This document shows, one piece after another, positions 36,224 to 44,648 of a stretch of 64,000 bases of DNA (within the stretch, counting starts at the first letter, position 1; each line of letters opens with the position of its first letter). Under the pieces are notes generated by a model, which ran no database searches, was not told the origin of the DNA, and worked only from the letters and a program-made list of their open reading frames with translations. The stretch is from positions 16,061 through 80,060 of the forward strand of contig NZ_SUUH01000005.1 of the NCBI RefSeq assembly GCF_015062615.1, given 5' to 3'. A program made the position numbers and the translations under genes. The DNA is from Denitrobacterium detoxificans (GTDB taxonomy: Bacteria > Actinomycetota > Coriobacteriia > Coriobacteriales > Eggerthellaceae).

Positions 36224-38029
36224 CTATTCTTTGATCCAGGCGGTGAAGAGAGCGACGGCGCATGCTGCCACCAGGCCGAGGACGTCGGTGAACATGGGTG
36301 CGACCGACGATTGGCTGCTTGCCATCCATGCTGCCAGGCAGGTTCCTGCGGCAAGGATAAGACTGGCGATGATGGTGCCCGCCATGTACCAGGCGCGCGT
36401 CCCGCGCAGCGAGAACCCCGAAGCGGCAAGCGCCGCCGTAAGCCAGGTTGCGCCGATAATCCAGGTGGCGGGGTTGGAGAGCATGAGCCCAAGCCTTCCC
36501 AAGTACCCACCATCGATGCCCATCCAGAATGCAATGGGGTTCCAGAATGATAGGCTCGAGCTTCCGAGCGCGCCTAGGAATAGGGCACATGCGAAGCAGA
36601 AGATTGTCGTGGAGATGGCGTCTCGTATGCGCAGGTTCAACCCGCATACCAGAGGAGCAAGTGGGGCGCAGCCGATGGCTCCGCCTGTGGGTACGCATGC
36701 TGCGGAAGCACCTGCTTCCAGGATGTGAGAGCGTTGCCCCTCTTCGCGGGGCTCGCCCAAGCGAGCATGTCCGCTGATGGCCCACCATGCGATGGAGATG
36801 CCCACGAGGAGCATGCCCGCCCCCGTGGCGTTGCCCGCGATGAGCGCGCAGCCGAATATGATGGCGGCAACGGCAATGCCCACACTGGGCAATGCGGCCC
36901 CCAGAGCGATGGTGAGTGCGACGAGGCCCCAGAAAGGCGGGGCGGTCATGTCGCCAATGGCTGGCATGTTTGCGAATGCCGCAAAGCCAAGAAGGCCGGA
37001 GCCAATGCCCGACCAGGCGCGATATGCGATGCGGCGCGTGCGTTCCTGCAGGCGCTCGGCAAGGGGCAGGCTGGGTGTGGCGGGTTGCTTCGCTTCGCCC
37101 GTATCTTCGCAAGCGGCGTCTACGATGCTTGCGAGCTGCTTGTGGCCCGCGCGGGGCGAACCCAGGTGGGGGAGGAATTCCTCGGCGAATTCCTCCACGG
37201 AGTCGTAACGTTCGTCGCGGTCGGGGTCGAGCGCGTAGAAGAGCACGTCGTCTGCTTCAGGCGACAGTCCGTCGAGGCAGAGCGATGGCAGTACCAGCTC
37301 CGCTTCCTCGATGGCCGTTTGCGCGCGTTTCAAGTCGGGGGCAAAGAAGGGGTTTTCGCCCGCGATCATTTCGTACGTGAGCGCGGCAAGCGCCCATTCG
37401 TCGCAGCGTTCGTCGAGGGGCTCCAGCCTCATTTGCTCGAGCGGCATGTAGCCGATGGTCCCGCCACCTGCCTTCGAGAAGCCTTCTGCGTCGGAAAGTT
37501 TCGAGAGGCCGAAGTCGGCCACTTTTACTTGCCCCTGATGGTTGATGAGCACGTTGTCGGGCTTGATATCCAGGTGAAGCACCTGGTTTTCGTGGGCCGT
37601 CTGCAGCGCGTGAGAAACGTCTTGGAAGATGGCCGCCATGACGTCGGGCGTGAGGTCTTGCGGGAACTCGTCAAGAAGGCGCGTGAGCGTGATGCCGTCT
37701 ACGTACTCCATGATGAGGTAGGCGGTGCCGTTTTCGGCTTCGAAATCGATGATGCCCACGATGTTGGGGTCTTGAAGCATGGCTGCGGTGCGGGCTTCGT
37801 CGAGTCCGGGAATGTCGCTGGCGGAGATGGGCGATCCATCTGGGTCGAGCAGGGAGGAGGCATCGCCGTTTTCCGTGGCTGCCAGGATGCGCTCGTCGAT
37901 CTGCATGCTCTTCACGGCAACGCGGCGCTTGATGCGCGTATCGAAAGCAACTTGCACGGTACCGAACCCGCCTCGGCCAGCTTCGCCCAGGGGTTTGTAT
38001 CGGTTGAGTATGAGTTCGCCTTCGGCCAC
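36224..38029 (-). CDS. Ser/Thr protein kinase fused to a polytopic (about 8-10 TM) C-terminal membrane domain
   Basis: ORF trimmed to GTG 38029 after GAAGGA. GRGGFGTV, VAVK, HLDIKPDN and DFG motifs. The C-terminal 250 aa are almost entirely hydrophobic. Confidence 0.85.
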   Translation of the reverse strand: MAEGELILNRYKPLGEAGRGGFGTVQVAFDTRIKRRVAVKSMQIDERILAATENGDASSLLDPDGSPISASDIPGLDEARTAAMLQDPNIVGIIDFEAENGTAYLIMEYVDGITLTRLLDEFPQDLTPDVMAAIFQDVSHALQTAHENQVLHLDIKPDNVLINHQGQVKVADFGLSKLSDAEGFSKAGGGTIGYMPLEQMRLEPLDERCDEWALAALTYEMIAGENPFFAPDLKRAQTAIEEAELVLPSLCLDGLSPEADDVLFYALDPDRDERYDSVEEFAEEFLPHLGSPRAGHKQLASIVDAACEDTGEAKQPATPSLPLAERLQERTRRIAYRAWSGIGSGLLGFAAFANMPAIGDMTAPPFWGLVALTIALGAALPSVGIAVAAIIFGCALIAGNATGAGMLLVGISIAWWAISGHARLGEPREEGQRSHILEAGASAACVPTGGAIGCAPLAPLVCGLNLRIRDAISTTIFCFACALFLGALGSSSLSFWNPIAFWMGIDGGYLGRLGLMLSNPATWIIGATWLTAALAASGFSLRGTRAWYMAGTIIASLILAAGTCLAAWMASSQSSVAPMFTDVLGLVAACAVALFTAWIKE

Positions 38030-38252
38030 GTGGTTCCTTCGTTTGCGGTGCGTTTTAGTGGTGCATGCCAAGGCATGCGGGCTTTTCTTCGTGGTGTGGT
38101 CCACGATTTCGCCCGATAAACGCTGCGTTGGCGGCGAATCGTGCGAAAAATGTGTACCAGGCCATAATAACTTGTTTTTAGCGCTTGCCAAGGGCGACGG
38201 CGTACGCTAGTATTCTTTCCTGCCTGTTCGCGGCAAGCGAACGAAGCACCAT

Positions 38253-38339
38253 GCGGGTGTGGCGGAATTGGCAGACGCGTACGGTTCAGGTCCGTATGGG
38301 GGCAACCCCATGAAGGTTCAAGTCCTTTCACCCGCACCA
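38253..38339 (+). tRNA. tRNA-Leu (anticodon CAG)
   Basis: Hand-folded: acceptor GCGGGTG/CACCCGC, anticodon loop TTCAGGT, long variable arm, T-loop GGTTCAAGTCC, encoded CCA. Confidence 0.92.
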
Positions 38340-38346
38340 AAATGAT

Positions 38347-38377
38347 CGGCGGCCTCCGGGTCGCCGTTTTTGTTTTT
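38347..38377 (+). terminator. intrinsic terminator after tRNA-Leu
   Basis: CGGCGGCC-TCCG-GGTCGCCG followed by TTTTTGTTTTT. Confidence 0.9.
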
Positions 38378-38387
38378 CGGGATGGCA

Positions 38388-38460
38388 AGGTGACAGGGGG
38401 ACGTACCTACTGTCACCTGGTGATTTCCAAGGTGACAGTAGGTACGTCCCCCTGTCACCT
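38388..38460. repeat. nested perfect palindrome with four GGTGACAG/CTGTCACC half-sites at 21-bp phasing
   Basis: 31-bp perfect arms 38388-38418 / 38430-38460. Half-sites start at 38389, 38410, 38431 and 38452. Confidence 0.9.
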
Positions 38461-38553
38461 GGGCGTGGGGCGGGGCGTGTTCGCGGGCCTTGTGGGCCCC
38501 ATCGTGACCGAGCTTTCGTTTTCCGCTCGTCTTCCGTTCGCGCTCTCCGAAAT

Positions 38554-38595
38554 GCAACAGGGGGCGCGAAGTCGAAGTTCCGCGCCCCCTGTTGC
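38554..38595 (-). terminator. long GC hairpin (I-shaped terminator candidate) after pdxK
   Basis: 15-bp perfect stem GCAACAGGGGGCGCG/CGCGCCCCCTGTTGC, 18 nt downstream of the stop. Confidence 0.45.
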
Positions 38596-38613
38596 TAGCT
38601 TTGTGCTATCGGA

Positions 38614-39474
38614 CTACTGCAGCAATTTGGCGATTTCGCCCAGCAGCGGCTCGAAGCTCACGCCGCGGTTTTGGAAATCGGGCTGGTGGCTGGTGACCTT
38701 CATGGCGCGTACCACGAAGTCGCTGGCGAAGCGCGTGGCCTCCGCAACGTCGCGGCCGGCCATAACGGCGGCCATCAGGCTGGAAGCAAACAGGTCGCCC
38801 GTGCCATGCAGCATGTAGGGGAGCAGTTCGTTTTCGGTGACGGTGAAGTCTACCGATTCGCCCTGCACGTAGTTGTGGATCTTGCCGTCACCGTGGTCGA
38901 TGCCTTTCAACACGACGTTCTTGGCACCCTTCTCCAACAGGCCGTCGATCATGCTGTGGACGGTATCTTCGGAGATGTCGGCACCCGGCCATTCGATGCC
39001 CAGGATGATGGCGGCTTCGGTGAGGTTGGGCGTAAGAATGTCGGCGCCCGCGGCCAGTTCGCTCATGGCCTGGCACAACTCCGGCGTGTAGGTGGGGTAT
39101 ACCTTGCCATGGTCGGCCATAACGGGATCCACCACGCGAATGGCGTTTGGGTACGTTTCGTATACGTCGCGAATGCGGTCTACCTGTTCGGGTGCGCCCA
39201 AAAAGCCCGAGTACACGGCGTCGATATCCACGCCGATGCCCTTCCATGCGTTCAGGTAGTCTTCCATGATTTCGGTGGTGTCGTGCATGTACCATCCGGG
39301 GAAGGCCGTGTGGCTGCTGAACAGGCCCGTGGGGACGGGGCATACGTCGCAGCCTGCTGCCGAGAGAACGGGGATTGCCACGCCGAGCGAGCATTTACCG
39401 TATCCGCACAGATCGTGAATGGCGGCAATGCGAGGAATGTAGGCGCCTTCGCGCTGGTAGAGCGGCTTGTTCAA
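38614..39474 (-). CDS. pdxK: pyridoxal/pyridoxamine kinase
   Basis: PRIAAIHDLCGYGKCSLGVAIPVLSAAG N-terminus and ribokinase-like fold motifs. TTG 39474 follows GGAAGGA (ATG 39510 is an alternative). Confidence 0.85.
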   Translation of the reverse strand: MNKPLYQREGAYIPRIAAIHDLCGYGKCSLGVAIPVLSAAGCDVCPVPTGLFSSHTAFPGWYMHDTTEIMEDYLNAWKGIGVDIDAVYSGFLGAPEQVDRIRDVYETYPNAIRVVDPVMADHGKVYPTYTPELCQAMSELAAGADILTPNLTEAAIILGIEWPGADISEDTVHSMIDGLLEKGAKNVVLKGIDHGDGKIHNYVQGESVDFTVTENELLPYMLHGTGDLFASSLMAAVMAGRDVAEATRFASDFVVRAMKVTSHQPDFQNRGVSFEPLLGEIAKLLQ

Positions 39475-39676
39475 GGTAATTCCTTCCAGTTTGGTATGAT
39501 TTCGGCACATTCTACGACTAGGGTACGTTGCAATCAATGCCAAATTGGCTTCGGTTGCGGTTATTTACGTAAATGACTTTATTCGGCTGTAGCGTGTGCG
39601 GGCCCGTCCGCGCTTCTCCTTCGGAGCGGGTGTCCCGAAGGGGGATGCGCGGGCGGGTCTCCGGGGCCTTCCGGCG

Positions 39677-39705
39677 ACAAAAATGGGGCGCCCATCGGAC
39701 GCCCC
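39677..39705 (-). terminator. intrinsic terminator of small membrane-protein gene
   Basis: On minus strand: GGGGCGTCC-GAT-GGGCGCCCC followed by ATTTTTG. Confidence 0.8.
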
Positions 39706-39734
39706 AAAAGTTCCAGCAGTGTGCGTTGGGAGGA

Positions 39735-39929
39735 TTATTCCTCGTCGTCATCGTCGTCGTCGAAGAAGCTCCAGTCGTCTTCTGACTTCTCATGGTTCTT
39801 GTAGATCTGGCGCGTACGGCGTTCCATGATGACGCACGCAATGAGGCAGATGACGATGGTTGCGGCGAACAGTACGCCCAAGCCAGCGTACGATTCGAAC
39901 AGAAAATGATATACAGCCTCGAAATCCAT
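39735..39929 (-). CDS. 64-aa single-TM protein with poly-acidic C-terminus
   Basis: AAGAGG RBS, its own terminator, TM segment GLGVLFAATIVICLIACVIM, tail DDWSFFDDDDDDEE. Confidence 0.55.
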   Translation of the reverse strand: MDFEAVYHFLFESYAGLGVLFAATIVICLIACVIMERRTRQIYKNHEKSEDDWSFFDDDDDDEE

Positions 39930-40076
39930 GCATGCCTCTTACGTTGTAGTTTCAAAGGATAGTTGCTGAATAGAGTATACTATTCCATCGCATTAGCCCA
40001 GCGGATTTCGCGGTGCTCTGCCGCAAAACACAACAACCGCGGGCATGTAGAACTATCAGCTCTAGCAGGAGGCATC

Positions 40077-41360
40077 ATGCTCGACGCACGTTTCGTAAGA
40101 GAAAACCCAGAACTTGTCGCAACCGCGATGAAGAACCGCAACTTCCCCTGGGATTCTTCACGTTTCAGTGAGCTTGACGAAAAGCGTCGCGCTGTCATTA
40201 CCGAAGAAGAGGCCCTGCAGGCCGAGCGCAACGCCATGTCGAAGAGCATTGGCGCGCTCATGGGCCAGGGCAAGAAGGACGAGGCCGAAGAGGCCAAGGC
40301 CAAGGTTCGCGCCATCAACGAGAAGCTCGACGAGCTCGCCGTTGCCCATCGCGAGGCCGAAGAGGCCATGCATACGCTGCTCATGAGCGTTCCGAACATT
40401 CCGCACGAGTCCACTCCCGTGGGCAAGGATGAAACGGAGAACCCCGAGGTGCGCCGCTGGGGCACCCCGCGTGAGTTCGACTTCGAATACAAGGCCCATT
40501 GGGATCTTGGCACCGACCTGGGCATAATCGACTTCGAGCGTGCCACGAAGCTTTCCGGCAGCCGTTTCGTGCTGCTGGGTGGCATGGGCGCTCGCCTGGA
40601 GCGCGCAATCATCAACTTCATGGCCAACACGCATGCCAGCCGTGGCTTCAAGGAATGGTGGTGCCCCAGCCTGGTGAACCGTGAGACCATGACGGGCACG
40701 GGCCAGCTCCCCAAGTTTGAAGAGGACCTGTTCAAGACCAAGGATGAAAGCCTGTACCTCATTCCCACGGCCGAGGTTCCGCTTACGAACATCCACGCCG
40801 GCGAAGTGTTGGAAGCCTCCGACCTTCCGCTGTACTATACCGCGTTCACGAATTGCTTCCGCGAGGAAGCCGGCAGTGCGGGCCGCGATACGCGTGGTCT
40901 CATTCGCCTGCATCAGTTCGACAAGGTCGAAATGGTGAAGTTCGCCAAGCCCGAAGAGGCCTACGACGAGCTGGAAAGCCTTACGGAAGAGGCGGAATAC
41001 ATTCTGCAGCAGCTGGGTCTGCCGTATCGCGTCATTACGCTGTGCACGGGCGACCTGGGCTTTTCCGCTGCCAAGACGTATGACCTGGAAGTGTGGCTCC
41101 CCAGCTACAACGACTACAAGGAAATCAGCTCCTGCAGTTGCTGTGGCGATTTCCAGGCGCGTCGCGCGCACATCAAGTACCGCGACCCCGAGAACTTCAA
41201 GGGCACGCGCTATGTGAACACGCTGAATGGCTCGGGTCTGGCTGTTGGCCGTACCATGGCCGCCATCATGGAAAACTATCAGAACGCCGACGGCACCATT
41301 ACCGTGCCCGAGGTGCTCGTGCCCTACATGGGCGGGGTTACGGTCATTGAGCCGGAGTAA
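40077..41360 (+). CDS. serS: seryl-tRNA synthetase
   Basis: ORF trimmed to [12 protein letters not shown] after GCAGGAGG. Class II motifs [21 protein letters not shown] and [18 protein letters not shown]; 427 aa. Confidence 0.96.
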   Translation: MLDARFVRENPELVATAMKNRNFPWDSSRFSELDEKRRAVITEEEALQAERNAMSKSIGALMGQGKKDEAEEAKAKVRAINEKLDELAVAHREAEEAMHTLLMSVPNIPHESTPVGKDETENPEVRRWGTPREFDFEYKAHWDLGTDLGIIDFERATKLSGSRFVLLGGMGARLERAIINFMANTHASRGFKEWWCPSLVNRETMTGTGQLPKFEEDLFKTKDESLYLIPTAEVPLTNIHAGEVLEASDLPLYYTAFTNCFREEAGSAGRDTRGLIRLHQFDKVEMVKFAKPEEAYDELESLTEEAEYILQQLGLPYRVITLCTGDLGFSAAKTYDLEVWLPSYNDYKEISSCSCCGDFQARRAHIKYRDPENFKGTRYVNTLNGSGLAVGRTMAAIMENYQNADGTITVPEVLVPYMGGVTVIEPE

Positions 41361-42066
41361 TCCCAAAAAGCCCACGCCCCGCAAGCGTTCGAAGGCGAGC
41401 GAGGCCAAAGAGAAGAAGGTTCAGGCAAGCGCGCAGGAGGAAACTTCTGCGCGTGCGCATGCTAGGCCCAGCGTTCGCAAGTCCGTGGGCGAAGATGCCA
41501 AGCAGCAGGCGCGTCGCGCAACGGTGAACGCTCGGGAGCGTGCTGCGCAGATGCGCTCGCAGCATGAAGCGCGCGAGCAAAAGGCGCAGGCGGTGGCAGA
41601 GGCGAAGTCTCAGCAAACGCCCAAGGATGCCGCGCCCAAACGAGCGTCCAAGGTATCGAAGCGCACGAAGATCGTGCTCGCTTGCGTGTTGGCGGTGGTG
41701 CTTGCCGTAGGCGCAACAGTGGCGTATTGCGTGTGGGATATCTGGTATCGCTACGACGATGCCGCCGATATCCAAGGCGAATGGATTTCCCAGGAGGGCG
41801 CTGCTCTCATTATCGATGGCAGCCAGATGCAGCTTACCGATACCGTTTCATATGCCTATACGATTGATACGCAGGCGAAAACGATATCATTTACGTATGC
41901 TAACGCGCAGGGGCAGGCAGCCTACCATTTCAGTCCCGACCGGCAGCAACTGGTTATCGAAGACGGTGGTACGACGGACTGGCTGGTTATCCTGGGCGTT
42001 GCCAGCGACAACGCATTGACGGAAACGCCGGGGGCGGGCACAACGGTGCTTACCCGCGTGAACTAG
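41347..42066 (+). CDS. hypothetical membrane-anchored protein (Lys/Arg/Ala-rich N-terminus, one TM, about 100-aa extracytoplasmic domain)
   Basis: Only a non-ATG start (TTG 41347, overlapping the serS end) gives a gene without a long overlap. The start is uncertain. Confidence 0.5.
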   Translation: MSRSNPKKPTPRKRSKASEAKEKKVQASAQEETSARAHARPSVRKSVGEDAKQQARRATVNARERAAQMRSQHEAREQKAQAVAEAKSQQTPKDAAPKRASKVSKRTKIVLACVLAVVLAVGATVAYCVWDIWYRYDDAADIQGEWISQEGAALIIDGSQMQLTDTVSYAYTIDTQAKTISFTYANAQGQAAYHFSPDRQQLVIEDGGTTDWLVILGVASDNALTETPGAGTTVLTRVN

Positions 42067-42077
42067 AAAGAGGACCT

Positions 42078-42566
42078 ATGGAAGAAGTGACGTCTCAGGC
42101 TCCCATGCAGGAGCAGGAAGGCAAACAGGCGGAGAATGCCCCGCGTGGAAAGCATTCCGTGGCGGGTTTGCCGCTTGTCATCGACCATATTACCGTGCGT
42201 TCCGATCGCATGGTGTGCCGCGTGCGCGTAAGCCCTGCGCTGCGTTATACCACGCCGGGCATGGCGCATCGCGCATTGGAGAAGATGCCCAGCCTGGCGC
42301 ATCATTCTTGCGTGAATGAGAATGGCGATACCTTTGCAAGCGCCATTGAGCATACTCCTTTGCCTCATTTGCTGGAGCATGTCACAATCGACCTGCTTAC
42401 GCAGCGAACGGAGCGTTCCGACTACGTATACGCGGGCGTGACCGAATGGCTCGACGAAGAGCGTGGCGTTGCGCGCGTGCAGGTATCCATGCTCAGCGAC
42501 ATTGAGTCGTTTGCCGCGTTCCGCGATGCCGCGAATTTCATCAATAACCTCATTGTGGGTGCGTAG
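42078..42566 (+). CDS. hypothetical 162-aa protein (motif resembling cyanophycin-synthetase N-terminal domain)
   Basis: AAAGAGGA RBS. Segment LAHHSCVNENGDTFASAIEHTPLPHLLEHVTIDLL is recalled as similar to the H.C....F......T...H..EH..I.L signature. Not verified. Confidence 0.6.
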   Translation: MEEVTSQAPMQEQEGKQAENAPRGKHSVAGLPLVIDHITVRSDRMVCRVRVSPALRYTTPGMAHRALEKMPSLAHHSCVNENGDTFASAIEHTPLPHLLEHVTIDLLTQRTERSDYVYAGVTEWLDEERGVARVQVSMLSDIESFAAFRDAANFINNLIVGA

Positions 42567-42587
42567 CGCATTTGTCCAGATAGAGCG

Positions 42588-42625
42588 TAAAAAGAGCCAC
42601 CGGCTTTGCTGGTGGCTCTTTTCGT
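42588..42625. terminator. bidirectional intrinsic terminator
   Basis: AAAAAGAGCCACC..GGTGGCTCTTTT, with A-tract and T-tract flanks, between convergent genes. Confidence 0.85.
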
Positions 42626-42642
42626 TGCTATGGAAGACCCTG

Positions 42643-43101
42643 TTACTTCAGGAGCTTGATCTTTCCCACGAGGGGCAGTTCCGTGAGCTCGCCGTGGTAG
42701 GCCTGAACGGTGCCCATGATGCCGACAACGAGCAGGAAGATGGCGAGGATGCCGCCAATGAGGATGATGGACAGGAAAGCTGAAATAATCGAACCGATGA
42801 AGATGACGAGCGCCTGGTTCAGATGGTGCTTGATGAAGGGATCGGTGTCCTTGTCGGCCACGCATGCGGCAAAGATGAGGGGGAGCAGACCCCAGTAGAC
42901 GCTCATGGCCAGGGCGCGCGAGGTGCCGGTGGTCTGGGCGTAGACCTTCTGATTGGCTGCAGGCTGGTAGTTGGGCTGCTGCGGTGCCTCGTAGGTGGCG
43001 TTTGCCTGCTGGGCGCTTTTCTGGTTGGGTACGGTCGTACCGCAGGAATCGCAGGTCGAGCTGCCTTCGGCAAGTTGCTTGCCGCAATTCGGACAAAACA
43101 T
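42643..43101 (-). CDS. zinc-ribbon membrane protein
   Basis: ORF trimmed to ATG 43101 after AAGGAG. MFCPNCGKQL..CDSCG zinc ribbon, Gln/Pro linker, 3 TM segments. Confidence 0.8.
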   Translation of the reverse strand: MFCPNCGKQLAEGSSTCDSCGTTVPNQKSAQQANATYEAPQQPNYQPAANQKVYAQTTGTSRALAMSVYWGLLPLIFAACVADKDTDPFIKHHLNQALVIFIGSIISAFLSIILIGGILAIFLLVVGIMGTVQAYHGELTELPLVGKIKLLK

Positions 43102-43462
43102 AGTTACACTCCTTGCTTCGATGATGCGCTTTTGTCGCGCAAGCAGATAGGGTATCACAACCTGGGAAAATGCAACTTGTGAACGTAGATGGTTGCGAAG
43201 GGCGTACTGTTTCTTTTCAAAGGCTTGTATGGCGCACCGGGCGGTTGCGCACGGGTAGATGATTGCCCTTTTCGACCTTTTCCCTTGGGGTGGCAAGAAT
43301 GAATATGTTTCGGCATAATATGCCCTTGACCAGGCAATGCAACTGCTGGTTGCCAGCTTTTGGCAGTTTGCCAAGCAGGGTGTATGGCCTTTTGCCGTTT
43401 GCAACCGCATTATTCTCGGTGCGCGCAACGAACGACAACGCAAAACCGCTAAGGAGTTAGAA

Positions 43463-44428
43463 ATGAAGTTTAGGGACAACCTGTTGCACCTCCGTCAGCA
43501 GCGCAACATGACGCAGGAGCAGCTTGCCATGCTGCTGGGCGTTTCCCGCCAGTCGGTGGCGAAATGGGAAGCTGGCCAGTCGACGCCCGATGTCGATAAG
43601 CTCATGCGCATGGCCGACCTGTTTGATTGTACGCTCGATGAGCTGGTCTCTGGCGATCTCACGCAGCGTGAGGTCGACGCGCGGGAGGTCATTCCCGAGG
43701 GCACGCCCGTAGATGATGTGTGCGGCTACGATGCCCACATGCGTTCGTTCGCCCTGAAAGTCGCGACGGGCGTCGCCATTATCATTGTCGGCTTTGCCCT
43801 GGCTGCGCTGTTTGACGCGCTGGCGCTGGGCAGCGTGTCGGAGGCTGCCTCCCCGGCGGCGTTCTTGCTGTGCGTTGCTCTAGGCTTGGCGTTTATCTTG
43901 CCGGCGGGCATGGCTCATTCGTCGTTCGCCAAGTCCCATCCCTTCGTGGAGGACTTCTATACCGAGAAGCAGAAAGCTGCCGAGCAGCGTAGTTTCGCTC
44001 GCTCCATTACGATTGGCATCGTGCTCATCGTGCTGGGGGTGGCCACTGCTGCGGTTGCGGATGTCTCCTCGAACGATCTTCTGCGCGAGTCTGGTGGTGC
44101 GGTAATGCTCGCCTTTATTGCAGTGGGCGTATGGCTCATTGTTCATGGCGGCATCATTCATGGCCTGATGGACGTCGAGAACTACAATCGCGAGCGCGAG
44201 GGCGAAAAGAACGAGTACAACGACCCGCGTATCTCGCGTGCATGTGGAATCATCATGCTGGTCGCAACGGCGCTTGGCCTGCTGATGCTCTTCGGCTCCA
44301 TGGCTGCTTCCGACATGGGTAATGCGACTCTCACTGCCGTCTGCTCGTACTTCTGGGCAGTGTGGCCGATTGGCGGTATTCTGTGCGCCATCGCGTCCGT
44401 AGCTATGAAAAGGCCTGAAGCAAAGTAG
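43463..44428 (+). CDS. XRE-family HTH protein fused to a multi-TM membrane domain
   Basis: ORF trimmed to ATG 43463 after TAAGGAG. LRQQRNMTQEQLAMLLGVSRQSVAKWE HTH, then about 6 hydrophobic segments. Confidence 0.85.
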   Translation: MKFRDNLLHLRQQRNMTQEQLAMLLGVSRQSVAKWEAGQSTPDVDKLMRMADLFDCTLDELVSGDLTQREVDAREVIPEGTPVDDVCGYDAHMRSFALKVATGVAIIIVGFALAALFDALALGSVSEAASPAAFLLCVALGLAFILPAGMAHSSFAKSHPFVEDFYTEKQKAAEQRSFARSITIGIVLIVLGVATAAVADVSSNDLLRESGGAVMLAFIAVGVWLIVHGGIIHGLMDVENYNREREGEKNEYNDPRISRACGIIMLVATALGLLMLFGSMAASDMGNATLTAVCSYFWAVWPIGGILCAIASVAMKRPEAK

Positions 44429-44455
44429 CCATTCGTTCTTTCAGCTGCCATAACG

Positions 44456-44494
44456 AAGAACCGCGCCTAGCCCACGGAAGCGCGGTTCTTTTTG
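44456..44494 (+). terminator. intrinsic terminator after the XRE-membrane gene
   Basis: GAACCGCGC..GCGCGGTTC followed by TTTTT. Confidence 0.85.
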
Positions 44495-44648
44495 GATATG
44501 CGAAGATAGCTTGCATCGATGCGCTCTGGCGAATAGCAAGAGAGAAAGGAAAAGCCAAGGCGCTTGTGGGCTTATGCGAAGCCTTTCGCATTGTTGGGAT
44601 ATTGTAGCCCGTTTCGCACTTCCGATTGTACGAAATTGGGGACAGTCA

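Noticed and set aside
38253-38462. Integrated prophage or genomic island at tRNA-Leu or tRNA-Arg.
   Set aside because: No integrase, no direct repeat of the tRNA 3' end and no compositional shift were seen next to these two tRNAs. Only tRNA-Ser shows an att-like duplication.
41227-42066. ATG 41227 as the start of the post-serS gene (279-aa ORF in the track).
   Set aside because: It would overlap serS by 134 nt in another frame. The TTG at 41347 gives a conventional short overlap instead.
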